From Bacilli bacterium (GTDB lineage Bacteria; Bacillota_I; Bacilli_A; RF39; UBA660): a stretch of DNA of 64,000 nucleotides. The DNA lies in contig JAEENX010000013.1 in NCBI GenBank assembly GCA_016283935.1, forward strand, positions 97,759 to 161,758. The letters run 5' to 3'. The notes under the pieces were generated by a model. The model was not told where the DNA came from. It saw only the letters and a program-made list of their open reading frames with translations, and made no database searches. A program made the position numbers and the translations under genes. Shown here piece after piece: positions 38,984 through 48,346 of the stretch (within the stretch, counting starts at the first letter, position 1; each line of letters opens with the position of its first letter).

Positions 38984-39817
38984 CTAGTTTTTATTTGTTA
39001 AATTTAATGATTTAAGTGTTTCATCATGAAACACATCAAATAAAGTGATTTGTTTATATTCTTCTTGAGTATTAGCAATAAAAGTTTCTTCTATTTTTTT
39101 CTTTTCTTCTTCATTTTTGATATTTAAGATAGATTCTTTATACTCTTTAAGTGCTTTAGCAATATTTTCTGGATTTTCTGGATATAATCTTTCTATATTT
39201 TCTAATGAATTTGCCATACTCTTTAATTTATATGTAGTTGGTATATATCTACCTGATTTAATTGAAATATAATTTATAAGTAAATTTCTTAATTGAGTAT
39301 AATTAGATAATTGTTCCATGAATATATGTAGATTATCTGATCTATTCGATTTAATATTTTTTCCTATTATTGAATCTTTAGAAAAAGCAATATTTCTTTG
39401 ATTCATATTTAATTTTCTTAATACTAGATTAATAAATCTCTCGATTCTTTGTTTATCATTATCATCTAAAGATTTATCATGATAATAATTAAATTGTCTT
39501 TCATCAACTAACTCTCTAAATAAATCTACAACCTCATTTATATCAGGAGTTTCTTTATATATCTCAATTGGTTTAAAAATTTTAATGCCTTTAGCATATG
39601 GATATTTTCCAATATAGTTATGTACATTAAATTTTGTTAATGGATTACAATCTTCTAATGCATCCCTTAGATTAGTTCCTAATTCTATAGTAGCCTCATC
39701 AAAATCAGAAATATCTCTTACATTTTTTACATATGTTCCATTATATGGAACATATATTGCAGATGATTCTACATTGTTTCCATTTATGAAATAATAGTTA
39801 TCATTTTTGTTTGCCAT
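38984..39817 (-). CDS. Hypothetical protein, convergent partner of the DUF3883 gene
   Basis: 277-280-aa ORF with no recognisable motif. Confidence 0.35.
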   Translation of the reverse strand: MANKNDNYYFINGNNVESSAIYVPYNGTYVKNVRDISDFDEATIELGTNLRDALEDCNPLTKFNVHNYIGKYPYAKGIKIFKPIEIYKETPDINEVVDLFRELVDERQFNYYHDKSLDDNDKQRIERFINLVLRKLNMNQRNIAFSKDSIIGKNIKSNRSDNLHIFMEQLSNYTQLRNLLINYISIKSGRYIPTTYKLKSMANSLENIERLYPENPENIAKALKEYKESILNIKNEEEKKKIEETFIANTQEEYKQITLFDVFHDETLKSLNLTNKN

Positions 39818-39992
39818 ATAAACCACTCACTTATTGAATTTATTATAGTAGATAAAAGATAAGTAATCAATTAGATTTTTCATATAAAAAAATGTATGTT
39901 ATAACAAGCTTGAGTTTTAGGAGTAGGTTTATAGAAAAAGAAAAACATCATAAATTAAACAAAATAAAAAGATAACAATTTGTTATCTTTTT

Positions 39993-40667
39993 TTATTTTA
40001 TAGTTGGAGGAACAACTTTTGTGCATAAATTATTATTTAATGAATAACCACTTTCACATACATATGCTTTTTTATGTAATGGTAAACATTTATATTGTTC
40101 AGGAGTACCCATAAATCCTAATATATGTATTTCACCAGAATTACTTGGACATCCATCTTCAGGTCTATCAAATGTTTCATTTAAATTAACACAATATGTA
40201 TCTCTAGGAATTTCCTCACTTGAATAATCAGTAGTACCTTCAGGACATGCATATGTAGCTTTTTTAGTGGAAATACATTGTAAGTTGTTCAAAATATAAC
40301 CATCTGGGCAAGTATATTGTTTTGGCAATGTTGTTTCAGTAGTTGTTGAATTTTGTGTTTTAATAGTTGAAGTGTTTGTTACCTTAGAAGTGGTTTTAGT
40401 TGTTGTACTTGCACCACCACCATGATCACCACCTCCAGGATTATTCTCATTAATAACACCTGTTGATGTTGTATTTGATGTTGTAATATTTTCTGCTGTA
40501 AGTGTAGTTGTTAAAGTAGTCATATTATTATTGATTTTTCCTTTTGATGCCAATATTAATATAATTATTGTTACAATAGACAATATTATAAATACAAGTG
40601 ATATCATTAAAATTATTTTAGTTTTATCTTTTTTCATTTGATCATCTTCTTTAGAATATAATATCAA
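39993..40667 (-). CDS. Membrane-anchored Thr-rich surface protein with repeated C-x-[DE]-G-Y-x-L-N-N-x-x-C modules
   Basis: N-terminal TM anchor, a long Thr/Ser/Asn-rich linker with a GGGDHGGG run, then Cys-containing modules (CPDGYILNNLQC, CESGYSLNNNLC). Confidence 0.45.
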   Translation of the reverse strand: MILYSKEDDQMKKDKTKIILMISLVFIILSIVTIIILILASKGKINNNMTTLTTTLTAENITTSNTTSTGVINENNPGGGDHGGGASTTTKTTSKVTNTSTIKTQNSTTTETTLPKQYTCPDGYILNNLQCISTKKATYACPEGTTDYSSEEIPRDTYCVNLNETFDRPEDGCPSNSGEIHILGFMGTPEQYKCLPLHKKAYVCESGYSLNNNLCTKVVPPTIK

Positions 40668-40737
40668 ATAATTATTATATTAATAAATAATAGTTGTTGT
40701 TTTATTAATTGTTTTACATTTAAAAAGAACTAGTTAT

Positions 40738-42294
40738 CTAGTTCTTTTTAATTTCTATTATAGATTCTTTCCAAACAGGATTACTTTCAACATTTAGTAA
40801 ATCAGTAATTGTACTAGCTAAATTTGCTAACCCAAAGTCACCTTGTTTGAAATTAATATTATCTATATTGTTACCATATATAATAAATGGAACAGGATTA
40901 GTTGTATGTGAAGTTTTTACTGCACCTTTATCATCAATCATTTCTTCAGCATTTCCATGATCAGCTAAAACTATTAATATTGAATTAGTTTCATCTACAG
41001 CATTCATAATTCTTCCAATGTTATAATCTACAGCTTCCATTGCTTTAACTGTAGCATCGTAATTTCCTGTGTGTCCTACCATATCACCATTTGGGAAATT
41101 ACATCTTAAGAATTGATATTTATTAGATTTAATTGCATCAATAAATCTGTCAGTTATTTCATTTGCTTTCATTGCTGGAGCTTGATCAAATGGAATAACA
41201 TCTGAATCAACTTTATCATATGTTTCTAATGCATCATTAAATTTATCGATTTTATTTCCGTTCCAGAAATATGTTACATGACCATATTTTTGAGTTTCAG
41301 AAACTGCATATTCATTTATGTTATATTTAATTAATTGTTCAGTTAATGTATTAGTTATATGTGGTGGCTCTGTTATAAAATGTTTTGGTATTTGTACTTC
41401 TGAATCATATTGTAACATTCCTGCATAATAAACATTAGGTACTCTAACTCTATCAAATTTATCAAAGTTTTCTTCATCGAAAGCTCTAGATATTTCAATA
41501 GCTCTATCTCCTCTGAAGTTAAAGAAGATAACTGAATCATGATCTTCAATAGTTCCATTTGTATTATCTATAATAAATGGATTTAAATATTGATCTATTA
41601 TATCTAGATTTTCATTTCTATCTGTAGTAATAGCTTCTGTAGCTGAATTAAACTTTCTACCTTCTCCTAAAACATGAGTATGCCATCCTTTTTCAACCAT
41701 ACTCCAATCAGCTTCATATCTATCCATTGTAATGTTCATTCTTCCACCACCGGAAACAATTCTTCCGTAGAATGAATCATCGTTTAGTTCTTTTAATTTG
41801 TTTTCTAGGATATCAACATATTCTAATGCACTTGTTTTAGGTACGTCTCTTCCATCTAGTAGTATATGAACACAAACATCTTTTATTCCATCTTTTTTAG
41901 CGTTCTCTATCATTTTTAATAAATGGTTAATATGAGAGTGAACTCCACCGTCAGATAATAAACCTATGAAATGTAATTTATTATCCTTTGCATATTCAAT
42001 TGCTTCTTTCCAAGTATTACCTTCGAATAATACACCGGATTCTATAGCATCATTTACTAATTTTGCTCCTTGAGAATAAATTTGCCCACATCCCATTGCA
42101 TTATGTCCTACTTCTGAATTTCCCATATCTTCATCACTTGGTAATCCTACATAAGTACCATGTGCATGAATTGCAATTGAATTACTCATTATTTTATCTA
42201 AGTTTGGGGTGTTTGCATTTTTAAATGCGTTTCCCTCAACTTTATCAGTTAATCCTACACCATCCATGATGGCTAATACAACTTGTCTATTCAT
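40738..42294 (-). CDS. gpmI: 2,3-bisphosphoglycerate-independent phosphoglycerate mutase
   Basis: 518 aa. N-terminus VLAIMDGVGL, metal-binding and Ser-phosphotransfer regions (DGRDVP, ADHGNAEEM). Confidence 0.9.
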   Translation of the reverse strand: MNRQVVLAIMDGVGLTDKVEGNAFKNANTPNLDKIMSNSIAIHAHGTYVGLPSDEDMGNSEVGHNAMGCGQIYSQGAKLVNDAIESGVLFEGNTWKEAIEYAKDNKLHFIGLLSDGGVHSHINHLLKMIENAKKDGIKDVCVHILLDGRDVPKTSALEYVDILENKLKELNDDSFYGRIVSGGGRMNITMDRYEADWSMVEKGWHTHVLGEGRKFNSATEAITTDRNENLDIIDQYLNPFIIDNTNGTIEDHDSVIFFNFRGDRAIEISRAFDEENFDKFDRVRVPNVYYAGMLQYDSEVQIPKHFITEPPHITNTLTEQLIKYNINEYAVSETQKYGHVTYFWNGNKIDKFNDALETYDKVDSDVIPFDQAPAMKANEITDRFIDAIKSNKYQFLRCNFPNGDMVGHTGNYDATVKAMEAVDYNIGRIMNAVDETNSILIVLADHGNAEEMIDDKGAVKTSHTTNPVPFIIYGNNIDNINFKQGDFGLANLASTITDLLNVESNPVWKESIIEIKKN

Positions 42295-42386
42295 TTATTA
42301 TCACCTATAAAAATTATAACATAAATAAATTGTATCTAATCCTTATATGAGTTTTGATTTACACAAAAAAAGAAGGATAACCTTCT

Positions 42387-42932
42387 TTAATTCATTAATT
42401 TATTTAAATATTCAAGCATTTCATCTTTTGTATATTTTTTATTACCTTTTAACCAATCAATACCTACATTAACGATTGCTCCCATATAATATGAAGTAAA
42501 TATATCATCTGGAACATCTTTATCATTATTTCTAATTCTACTATTAACATCTTCTTGGATAGTATTATATATCATATCCATAATAATACTATTTCTATTA
42601 TTAGTTAAAATAGCTTTATAAATATCTTCTTTTCCTTCTACATGATTTAAGAATACTTCAATTAAGTTTAAATAATAGTCTTTTAATGATACATTTTGAT
42701 CTATAGTTTTTAATTCTTGAGTAAATGATTCTTTTAAATCATTTATAAATGACATAAATAATTCATATTTATCATTAAAGTGTGCATAGAATGTCGATCT
42801 ATTAACTAATGCCTTATAACATATATCTGAAACTTTTATTTCTTCAAATGAATGTTCTTTTAAAAGATTAACTAATGCATCATATAAAACCATGTTTGTT
42901 TTTATAATTCTTAAATCTACTTTTTTATCCAT
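42387..42932 (-). CDS. TetR-family transcriptional regulator
   Basis: N-terminal HTH (RIIKTNMVLYDALVNLLKEHSFEEIKVSDICYKALVNRSTFYAHF). The true start is MDKKV at 42930-42932 with AGGTGAT RBS. The ORF-track N-terminal extension reads through the promoter. Confidence 0.75.
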   Translation of the reverse strand: MDKKVDLRIIKTNMVLYDALVNLLKEHSFEEIKVSDICYKALVNRSTFYAHFNDKYELFMSFINDLKESFTQELKTIDQNVSLKDYYLNLIEVFLNHVEGKEDIYKAILTNNRNSIIMDMIYNTIQEDVNSRIRNNDKDVPDDIFTSYYMGAIVNVGIDWLKGNKKYTKDEMLEYLNKLMN

Positions 42933-42984
42933 ATTCATCACCTGTGTACATACACTATATATTATATGTGTACATTTGTAAAGA

Positions 42985-43040
42985 TATACAACAAAATGTT
43001 GCATATTTATACATACATAATAAACAAAGTGTTGTTTATT
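42985..43040. promoter_or_regulatory. Divergent promoter region with two palindromic operator candidates
   Basis: CAACAAAATGTTG (42989-43001) and AAACAAAGTGTTGTTT (43022-43037), between the tetR-like gene and the MMPL transporter gene. Confidence 0.4.
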
Positions 43041-43115
43041 AATACATAATAGCAAATATATGTCTTAAATAATACAAAATAATAGATAAAATGTAATACA
43101 TGAAGGAGAGATAAT

Positions 43116-45176
43116 ATGAAAAAAATTTCAGGATTTATTAGTAATCATAGTTTATTAATAGTTATAGTATCAGTTCTTTTATTGATTCCTGCTCTTATTG
43201 GTTATATTCATACAAAAATCAATTATGATATTCTTGTATATTTACCTAAAGACATAGAAACAATACAAGGACAAAATATTTTAACTGATGATTTTAAAAC
43301 TGGTGCTTTTTCATTTGTGTTTGTTGAAAACAATAAAGCAGTTGATGTTTTAAAATTAGAAAAAGAAGTAAAAAATATAAAAGGAGTAAACAAAGTATTT
43401 AGTTTATATGATGTAACAGGTACAACAATTCCTATTGGAATGATACCAGATGAATTAAAAGACAAACTAGTAAAAGGCAATTCAACACTTATGTTAGTTA
43501 CTTTTGAAACATCAACATCAGATGAAACAACAATTGAAGCTTTAAGAGAATTAAGAAAGTTATGTAATGATCCAGGTAGAGTATCAGGTATGACAGCAAT
43601 GGTTCTAGATACAATGGAATTATCAGATAAAGAAATAACTGCATATGTTGTTATAGCTGTAGCGTTATGTTTAATAGTATTAATATTTGCTACAGATTCA
43701 TATATGGTTCCAGTATTCCTATTGGGAAATATAGGAATGGCTATTCTATATAATATGGGATCAAATTATTTCTTAGGAAATATATCTTATATTACTAAAG
43801 CAATAACTGCAGTATTACAATTAGGTGTTACAACAGACTTTAGTATTTTCTTATATCATAAATATGAAACAGAAAAAATAAAAGAAAATGATAAGAAGAA
43901 AGCAATGGCAAATGCTATTGCAGCAACATTTAAATCAGTAATTGGTTCATCACTTACTACTATTGCTGGTTTCTTAGCATTATGCTCAATGGATTTAACA
44001 TTAGGTAAAGACATTGGAATAGTAATGGCTAAAGGTGTATTATTTGGATTATTATGTGTAGTAATAATATTCCCATCATTATTATTAGTATTTGATAAAT
44101 TAATAGAAAAAACAAAACATAAAAATTTCTTGCCTAAGTTTGATAAATTAACAAATTTAATTATCAAAGGAAGATATGTAATACTAATAATTTTTATTTT
44201 ATTATTATTCCCAGCTTTATATGGAAATAAAAATGTTCAAGTTTATTATAAACTTGATAAATCGCTTCCAGCTGATCTAGGAAGTAGTATTGCTAATTCA
44301 AGATTAAAAGATGAATATAATATAGTATCACCAGAAATGGTATTACTTGATAAAAATATAAAGAAAGATCAAATAGATAAATTAGTTAAAGAATTAGAAA
44401 ATGTAGAAGGTATTGATTTAGTATTATCACCTAATACATTAACTAATATGCCAATTAGCATGTTACCAGATGACTTAGAAGAAATCATGGAAAATGATAA
44501 ATATCAATTAATAATTATTAATTCAACTTATGAAGTTGCATCTGATGAATTAAATAATCAAGTTGGTATAGTAAATGAAATAGTAAAGAAATATGATGAT
44601 AAAGCAATATTAGCTGGTGAAGGTCCTCTTATGAAAGACTTAACAGTAATTGCAGATCATGATTTTAAAATGGTTAATTATGCTTCAATAGCAGTAATAT
44701 TTATTCTAATGTTAATTGTATTAAAATCATTTGGATTACCAATTATATTAATAACTACAATTGAATTTGCTATCTTTGTAAATATGGCATGTGCATATTT
44801 TACAGGAACTACATTACCATTTATAGCATCTATAGTTGTTGGTACTATCCAATTAGGAGCAACAATTGATTATGCAATTTTAATGAGTACAAAATATTTA
44901 GAAGAAAGAACTAAGTTTAAAGATAAACATAAAGCAATGAAAGAAACTTTAATGGCAACTGTACCATCAATATTTATTTCAGCATTATGTTTCTTTGGTG
45001 CAACATTTGGAGTATCAGCATATTCAAAAATTGACATGATTGGTGCTATATGTACATTATTATCAAGAGGTGCAATTATATCAATGATTGTTGTAGTATT
45101 TATATTACCAACATTATTACTATTATTAGATAAATTTATATTAAAGACCACAAAAGGTATGAAGGGAGTTTTATAA
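43116..45176 (+). CDS. MMPL/RND-superfamily membrane transporter
   Basis: 686 aa, two blocks of about 6 TM helices each with large extracytoplasmic loops (MMPL architecture). Confidence 0.7.
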   Translation: MKKISGFISNHSLLIVIVSVLLLIPALIGYIHTKINYDILVYLPKDIETIQGQNILTDDFKTGAFSFVFVENNKAVDVLKLEKEVKNIKGVNKVFSLYDVTGTTIPIGMIPDELKDKLVKGNSTLMLVTFETSTSDETTIEALRELRKLCNDPGRVSGMTAMVLDTMELSDKEITAYVVIAVALCLIVLIFATDSYMVPVFLLGNIGMAILYNMGSNYFLGNISYITKAITAVLQLGVTTDFSIFLYHKYETEKIKENDKKKAMANAIAATFKSVIGSSLTTIAGFLALCSMDLTLGKDIGIVMAKGVLFGLLCVVIIFPSLLLVFDKLIEKTKHKNFLPKFDKLTNLIIKGRYVILIIFILLLFPALYGNKNVQVYYKLDKSLPADLGSSIANSRLKDEYNIVSPEMVLLDKNIKKDQIDKLVKELENVEGIDLVLSPNTLTNMPISMLPDDLEEIMENDKYQLIIINSTYEVASDELNNQVGIVNEIVKKYDDKAILAGEGPLMKDLTVIADHDFKMVNYASIAVIFILMLIVLKSFGLPIILITTIEFAIFVNMACAYFTGTTLPFIASIVVGTIQLGATIDYAILMSTKYLEERTKFKDKHKAMKETLMATVPSIFISALCFFGATFGVSAYSKIDMIGAICTLLSRGAIISMIVVVFILPTLLLLLDKFILKTTKGMKGVL

Positions 45177-45177
45177 A

Positions 45178-46860
45178 ATGAAAAATAATAGAATATTAAA
45201 AAGTTTATTAGCTGTAACTATTGCTATGTATCCATTAACAACATTTGCAGCAACTAAAAAAGAAACAGTATTTACAAATTTAAATACAGATGGATCAATT
45301 GTTGATGCAACTGTAACAAATTATATTTGTCCTGCTTCTTTAGAAAAATATGAAGATCAAACAAGATTAAATGAAATAGTTAATTTAAATGGATCTGAAA
45401 CATTTACCCAAGATGGAACTAAGATTACTTGGAAAGTTGATGGGAAAGATATTTATTATCAAGGAAGTACTGATGAAGAACAACCAATTAATATTGGTAT
45501 AAAATATTATTTAGATGGTAAAGAATTATCAGCTGATGAAATCAGAGGAAAATCTGGTAATATCAAAATTAAGATTAGTCTAAAAAACAAAATGAAAAAT
45601 AGAGTTAAAGTAAATGGAAAATATGAAACTCTATATACTCCATTTGTAGTAATGGCTGGAACTATAATTGATGCAGATAACAATTCAAATATTACAGCTA
45701 CAAATGGTAGAGTAGTTAATACAGGTAACAAAAATATAGTTGCATCAATTGCCTCTCCAGGATTATATGAAAGTATTAATTTATCTAAGTTATCTAATTT
45801 AGATGATATTGAATTTTCATTTGATACTACTAATTTCAAAATGGATAATATCTATATCATTGCTACTCCTAAATTATTAGAAGAAAAAGATGTAAAAGTA
45901 TTTAGAGATTTAGATAAAGTAACTGATAGTATTAAAACATTACAAGATAGTATGAATCAAATTCAAGATGGCTCAACTCAATTAAAAAATGGTACAAGTG
46001 ATTTATTAGATGGAGTTAATTTAATTAGCTCTAAATTACCAACTGAAGAATCTAATAAAGCTAATGAAGCTAAATTAAATTATCTAAAAAATCAAAATGA
46101 ATCTACAATTACTAAATTAACAGAAGCTAACAAAGGATTAGATACACAAGTTATAGAAGTTGAAGGAAAAATTACTTATACTGAACAACAACTTAATATT
46201 GTTAAAACTAAAAAATCAGTCGTAGATGATAAAGTAAAAGATGCTAAAGATGCATATGATTTATATTCATCTAAATTAACTTCTTTAAAATCAATTCCAG
46301 CATCAGTAGATGATGCTACAATAGCATATTTAACAAAAGGTGAAATTACTTCTAAATTACAATTAACTACAACAATTAAGACTTTAGAAACTACAGTACC
46401 TTTACTAAAGAATCAATATGATGCATTAGTTGGTACACAATCTGCATTAAAAGGAACAGTTGATTCATTAGAAGGAACACTTACATTATTAAAACAAACT
46501 AAGTCTTCATTACAAACTTCAATTGAAGCAAATAAAGGTTTAATCCAATTAATAGGTGGAAATAATCAAGTTGTTAATTCATCATTAAATACAATTGATT
46601 CAATGAGAACTTTATCAGGAGCAATGAATCAATTAAATGGTGGAATTCAAAAATTAAATAATGGTGCTACATCATTAAATAATGGTATTACTAAATTTAA
46701 TAAAGAAGGAATTAATAAATTATCTACTTATTCAGTTAAAGTAAATAGTTATAGTTCAAAAGCAGAAGCATTAGTAAACTTAAGTAAAAACTACAAAGGA
46801 TATGCATCAAATAATGCTACTGAAACAATCTTTGTTAATAAAGTACAATCTATAAAATAA
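45178..46860 (+). CDS. Secreted protein with LxxG-type heptad repeats (YhgE/Pip-related?)
   Basis: Signal peptide (MKNNRILKSLLAVTIAMYPLTTFAA). Repeated ...L.NG.. segments (QLKNGTSDLLDGVNLI, LNGGIQKLNNGATSLNNGITKFN). Confidence 0.45.
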   Translation: MKNNRILKSLLAVTIAMYPLTTFAATKKETVFTNLNTDGSIVDATVTNYICPASLEKYEDQTRLNEIVNLNGSETFTQDGTKITWKVDGKDIYYQGSTDEEQPINIGIKYYLDGKELSADEIRGKSGNIKIKISLKNKMKNRVKVNGKYETLYTPFVVMAGTIIDADNNSNITATNGRVVNTGNKNIVASIASPGLYESINLSKLSNLDDIEFSFDTTNFKMDNIYIIATPKLLEEKDVKVFRDLDKVTDSIKTLQDSMNQIQDGSTQLKNGTSDLLDGVNLISSKLPTEESNKANEAKLNYLKNQNESTITKLTEANKGLDTQVIEVEGKITYTEQQLNIVKTKKSVVDDKVKDAKDAYDLYSSKLTSLKSIPASVDDATIAYLTKGEITSKLQLTTTIKTLETTVPLLKNQYDALVGTQSALKGTVDSLEGTLTLLKQTKSSLQTSIEANKGLIQLIGGNNQVVNSSLNTIDSMRTLSGAMNQLNGGIQKLNNGATSLNNGITKFNKEGINKLSTYSVKVNSYSSKAEALVNLSKNYKGYASNNATETIFVNKVQSIK

Positions 46861-46901
46861 GACATAAAAAAAGATGAGTAATTCTCATCTTTTTTATTTA
46901 G

Positions 46902-47437
46902 CTATTTTTTTACTGAAAAAATTCCGTTTGGATCAACTTTAGCATTAGAATCATATTTAGCTGAACCAAATGCTAAAATTGGGAAACCAATAACAGGTAA
47001 TAAAGTCATTAACACTGCAAATCCAGCAGACTTACCAAATTTCTTAGCTATACCATAACAATAGTTGAATGATACTAAACATAGTCCAATACCAAATACT
47101 ATTGAGTTCCATTTACTATCAACTAAAGCAGTTAATCCTGCAAAAATTAAGAACCAGTACCAAGCTAAACCAGCAATTCTTGTTTCAACCCAAGAATTAT
47201 ATAATGGAATAAGAGCTTTCCACCAATCCTCTCCTGCTTTCTTAAAGATTTTGCAATTTGCAACAATCATTAACACGCATATAGCAGTAACAATTAAAAA
47301 GGCAAAAATTGCTAAAACAATAAGGACAGCACTAGCACCATCTAACCACTTGAAAAAATCAGTTTCATTAGTAGTTGTAGTGTAATTAAATGGGTTAACC
47401 TTAGTTGTAGTAGTCTTTAAAAATAGATCTAACATAA
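46902..47437 (-). CDS. Hypothetical 4-5 TM membrane protein
   Basis: Hydrophobic ORF. Probable GTG start at 47435-47437 after an AAAGGAG RBS. Confidence 0.4.
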
Positions 47438-47517
47438 TCACATAAACTCCTTTCAAACTTAATATATAATGAAAAACTTTAATAATCAATAAAAAAATGA
47501 GGAATAATCCTCATTTT

Positions 47518-48237
47518 TTATGCTTTTTTCTTTTTAGTACAAAGTATAATTAAAGCTATAATAACTATTACTAAAAGTGCAGCAATACCACATAATATAT
47601 AAATATTAGTCATGTTATATATTTCAAATTCAAAATTAATATCGGATGTGGTATTTTTTGTTAAATCCCAAGTATAAGTTGTACCATCAACTTTAGTAGC
47701 ATTATTTGATTTTGCATTACTTGGTAATTTAACTGTGAAATTTAAATCCATAGCTTTAAGATATTCACTCATATCTAACCCATCTGATGATGAACTATCA
47801 CTTGTTTCGAATTTATAAACAGCTTTATAAGTATTTTTTAGGAAGCCTTTTTTTATTACAAAGAAATGATTATTATCGCTGTTTTCGTTTAACATATCTG
47901 ATAGTTTAACTTCAAATTCTTCTTCTTTACTTGCATCATCAATGTTCTTGATTGAATAAGTTAATTCAACACCATTATATTTATCATCTTTATATTCGCT
48001 GACTTTATATCCTTTTTTCTCTAGTTCTGCTTTTTGTTCTTTACTTATTGTTTCAGTAGAATTAGTAGATACATCTTCTTCAGCCAAATCACCAAACGAT
48101 GAAGTATCAAGTGCATAGATAATTTTTAAATCCATGGATTTGTCTTTTTTTATTTCCATAGTAGCGTTATATTTAACACAACCAGTCATTAAAAATAATA
48201 CAGTTACTATTGAAAATAACAATTTAAACTTTTTCAT
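47518..48237 (-). CDS. Lipoprotein with C-terminal TM anchor, hypothetical
   Basis: Lipobox FLMTGC. C-terminal hydrophobic helix then KKKKA. Confidence 0.5.
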   Translation of the reverse strand: MKKFKLLFSIVTVLFLMTGCVKYNATMEIKKDKSMDLKIIYALDTSSFGDLAEEDVSTNSTETISKEQKAELEKKGYKVSEYKDDKYNGVELTYSIKNIDDASKEEEFEVKLSDMLNENSDNNHFFVIKKGFLKNTYKAVYKFETSDSSSSDGLDMSEYLKAMDLNFTVKLPSNAKSNNATKVDGTTYTWDLTKNTTSDINFEFEIYNMTNIYILCGIAALLVIVIIALIILCTKKKKA

Positions 48238-48346
48238 ATAAACTCAAACTCCTTTCCACTCATAATATATCATTATTTTTATATTTCATAAATAAAAATC
48301 ATTTAAATTAGATATAAAATATTTTATAATTAAATAAGGTGATAGT

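Noticed and set aside
42933-43055. N-terminal 41-aa extension of the TetR ORF (MLLCINKQHFVYYVC...)
   Set aside because: It translates the AT-rich promoter/operator region. A strong RBS precedes the internal MDKKV start.
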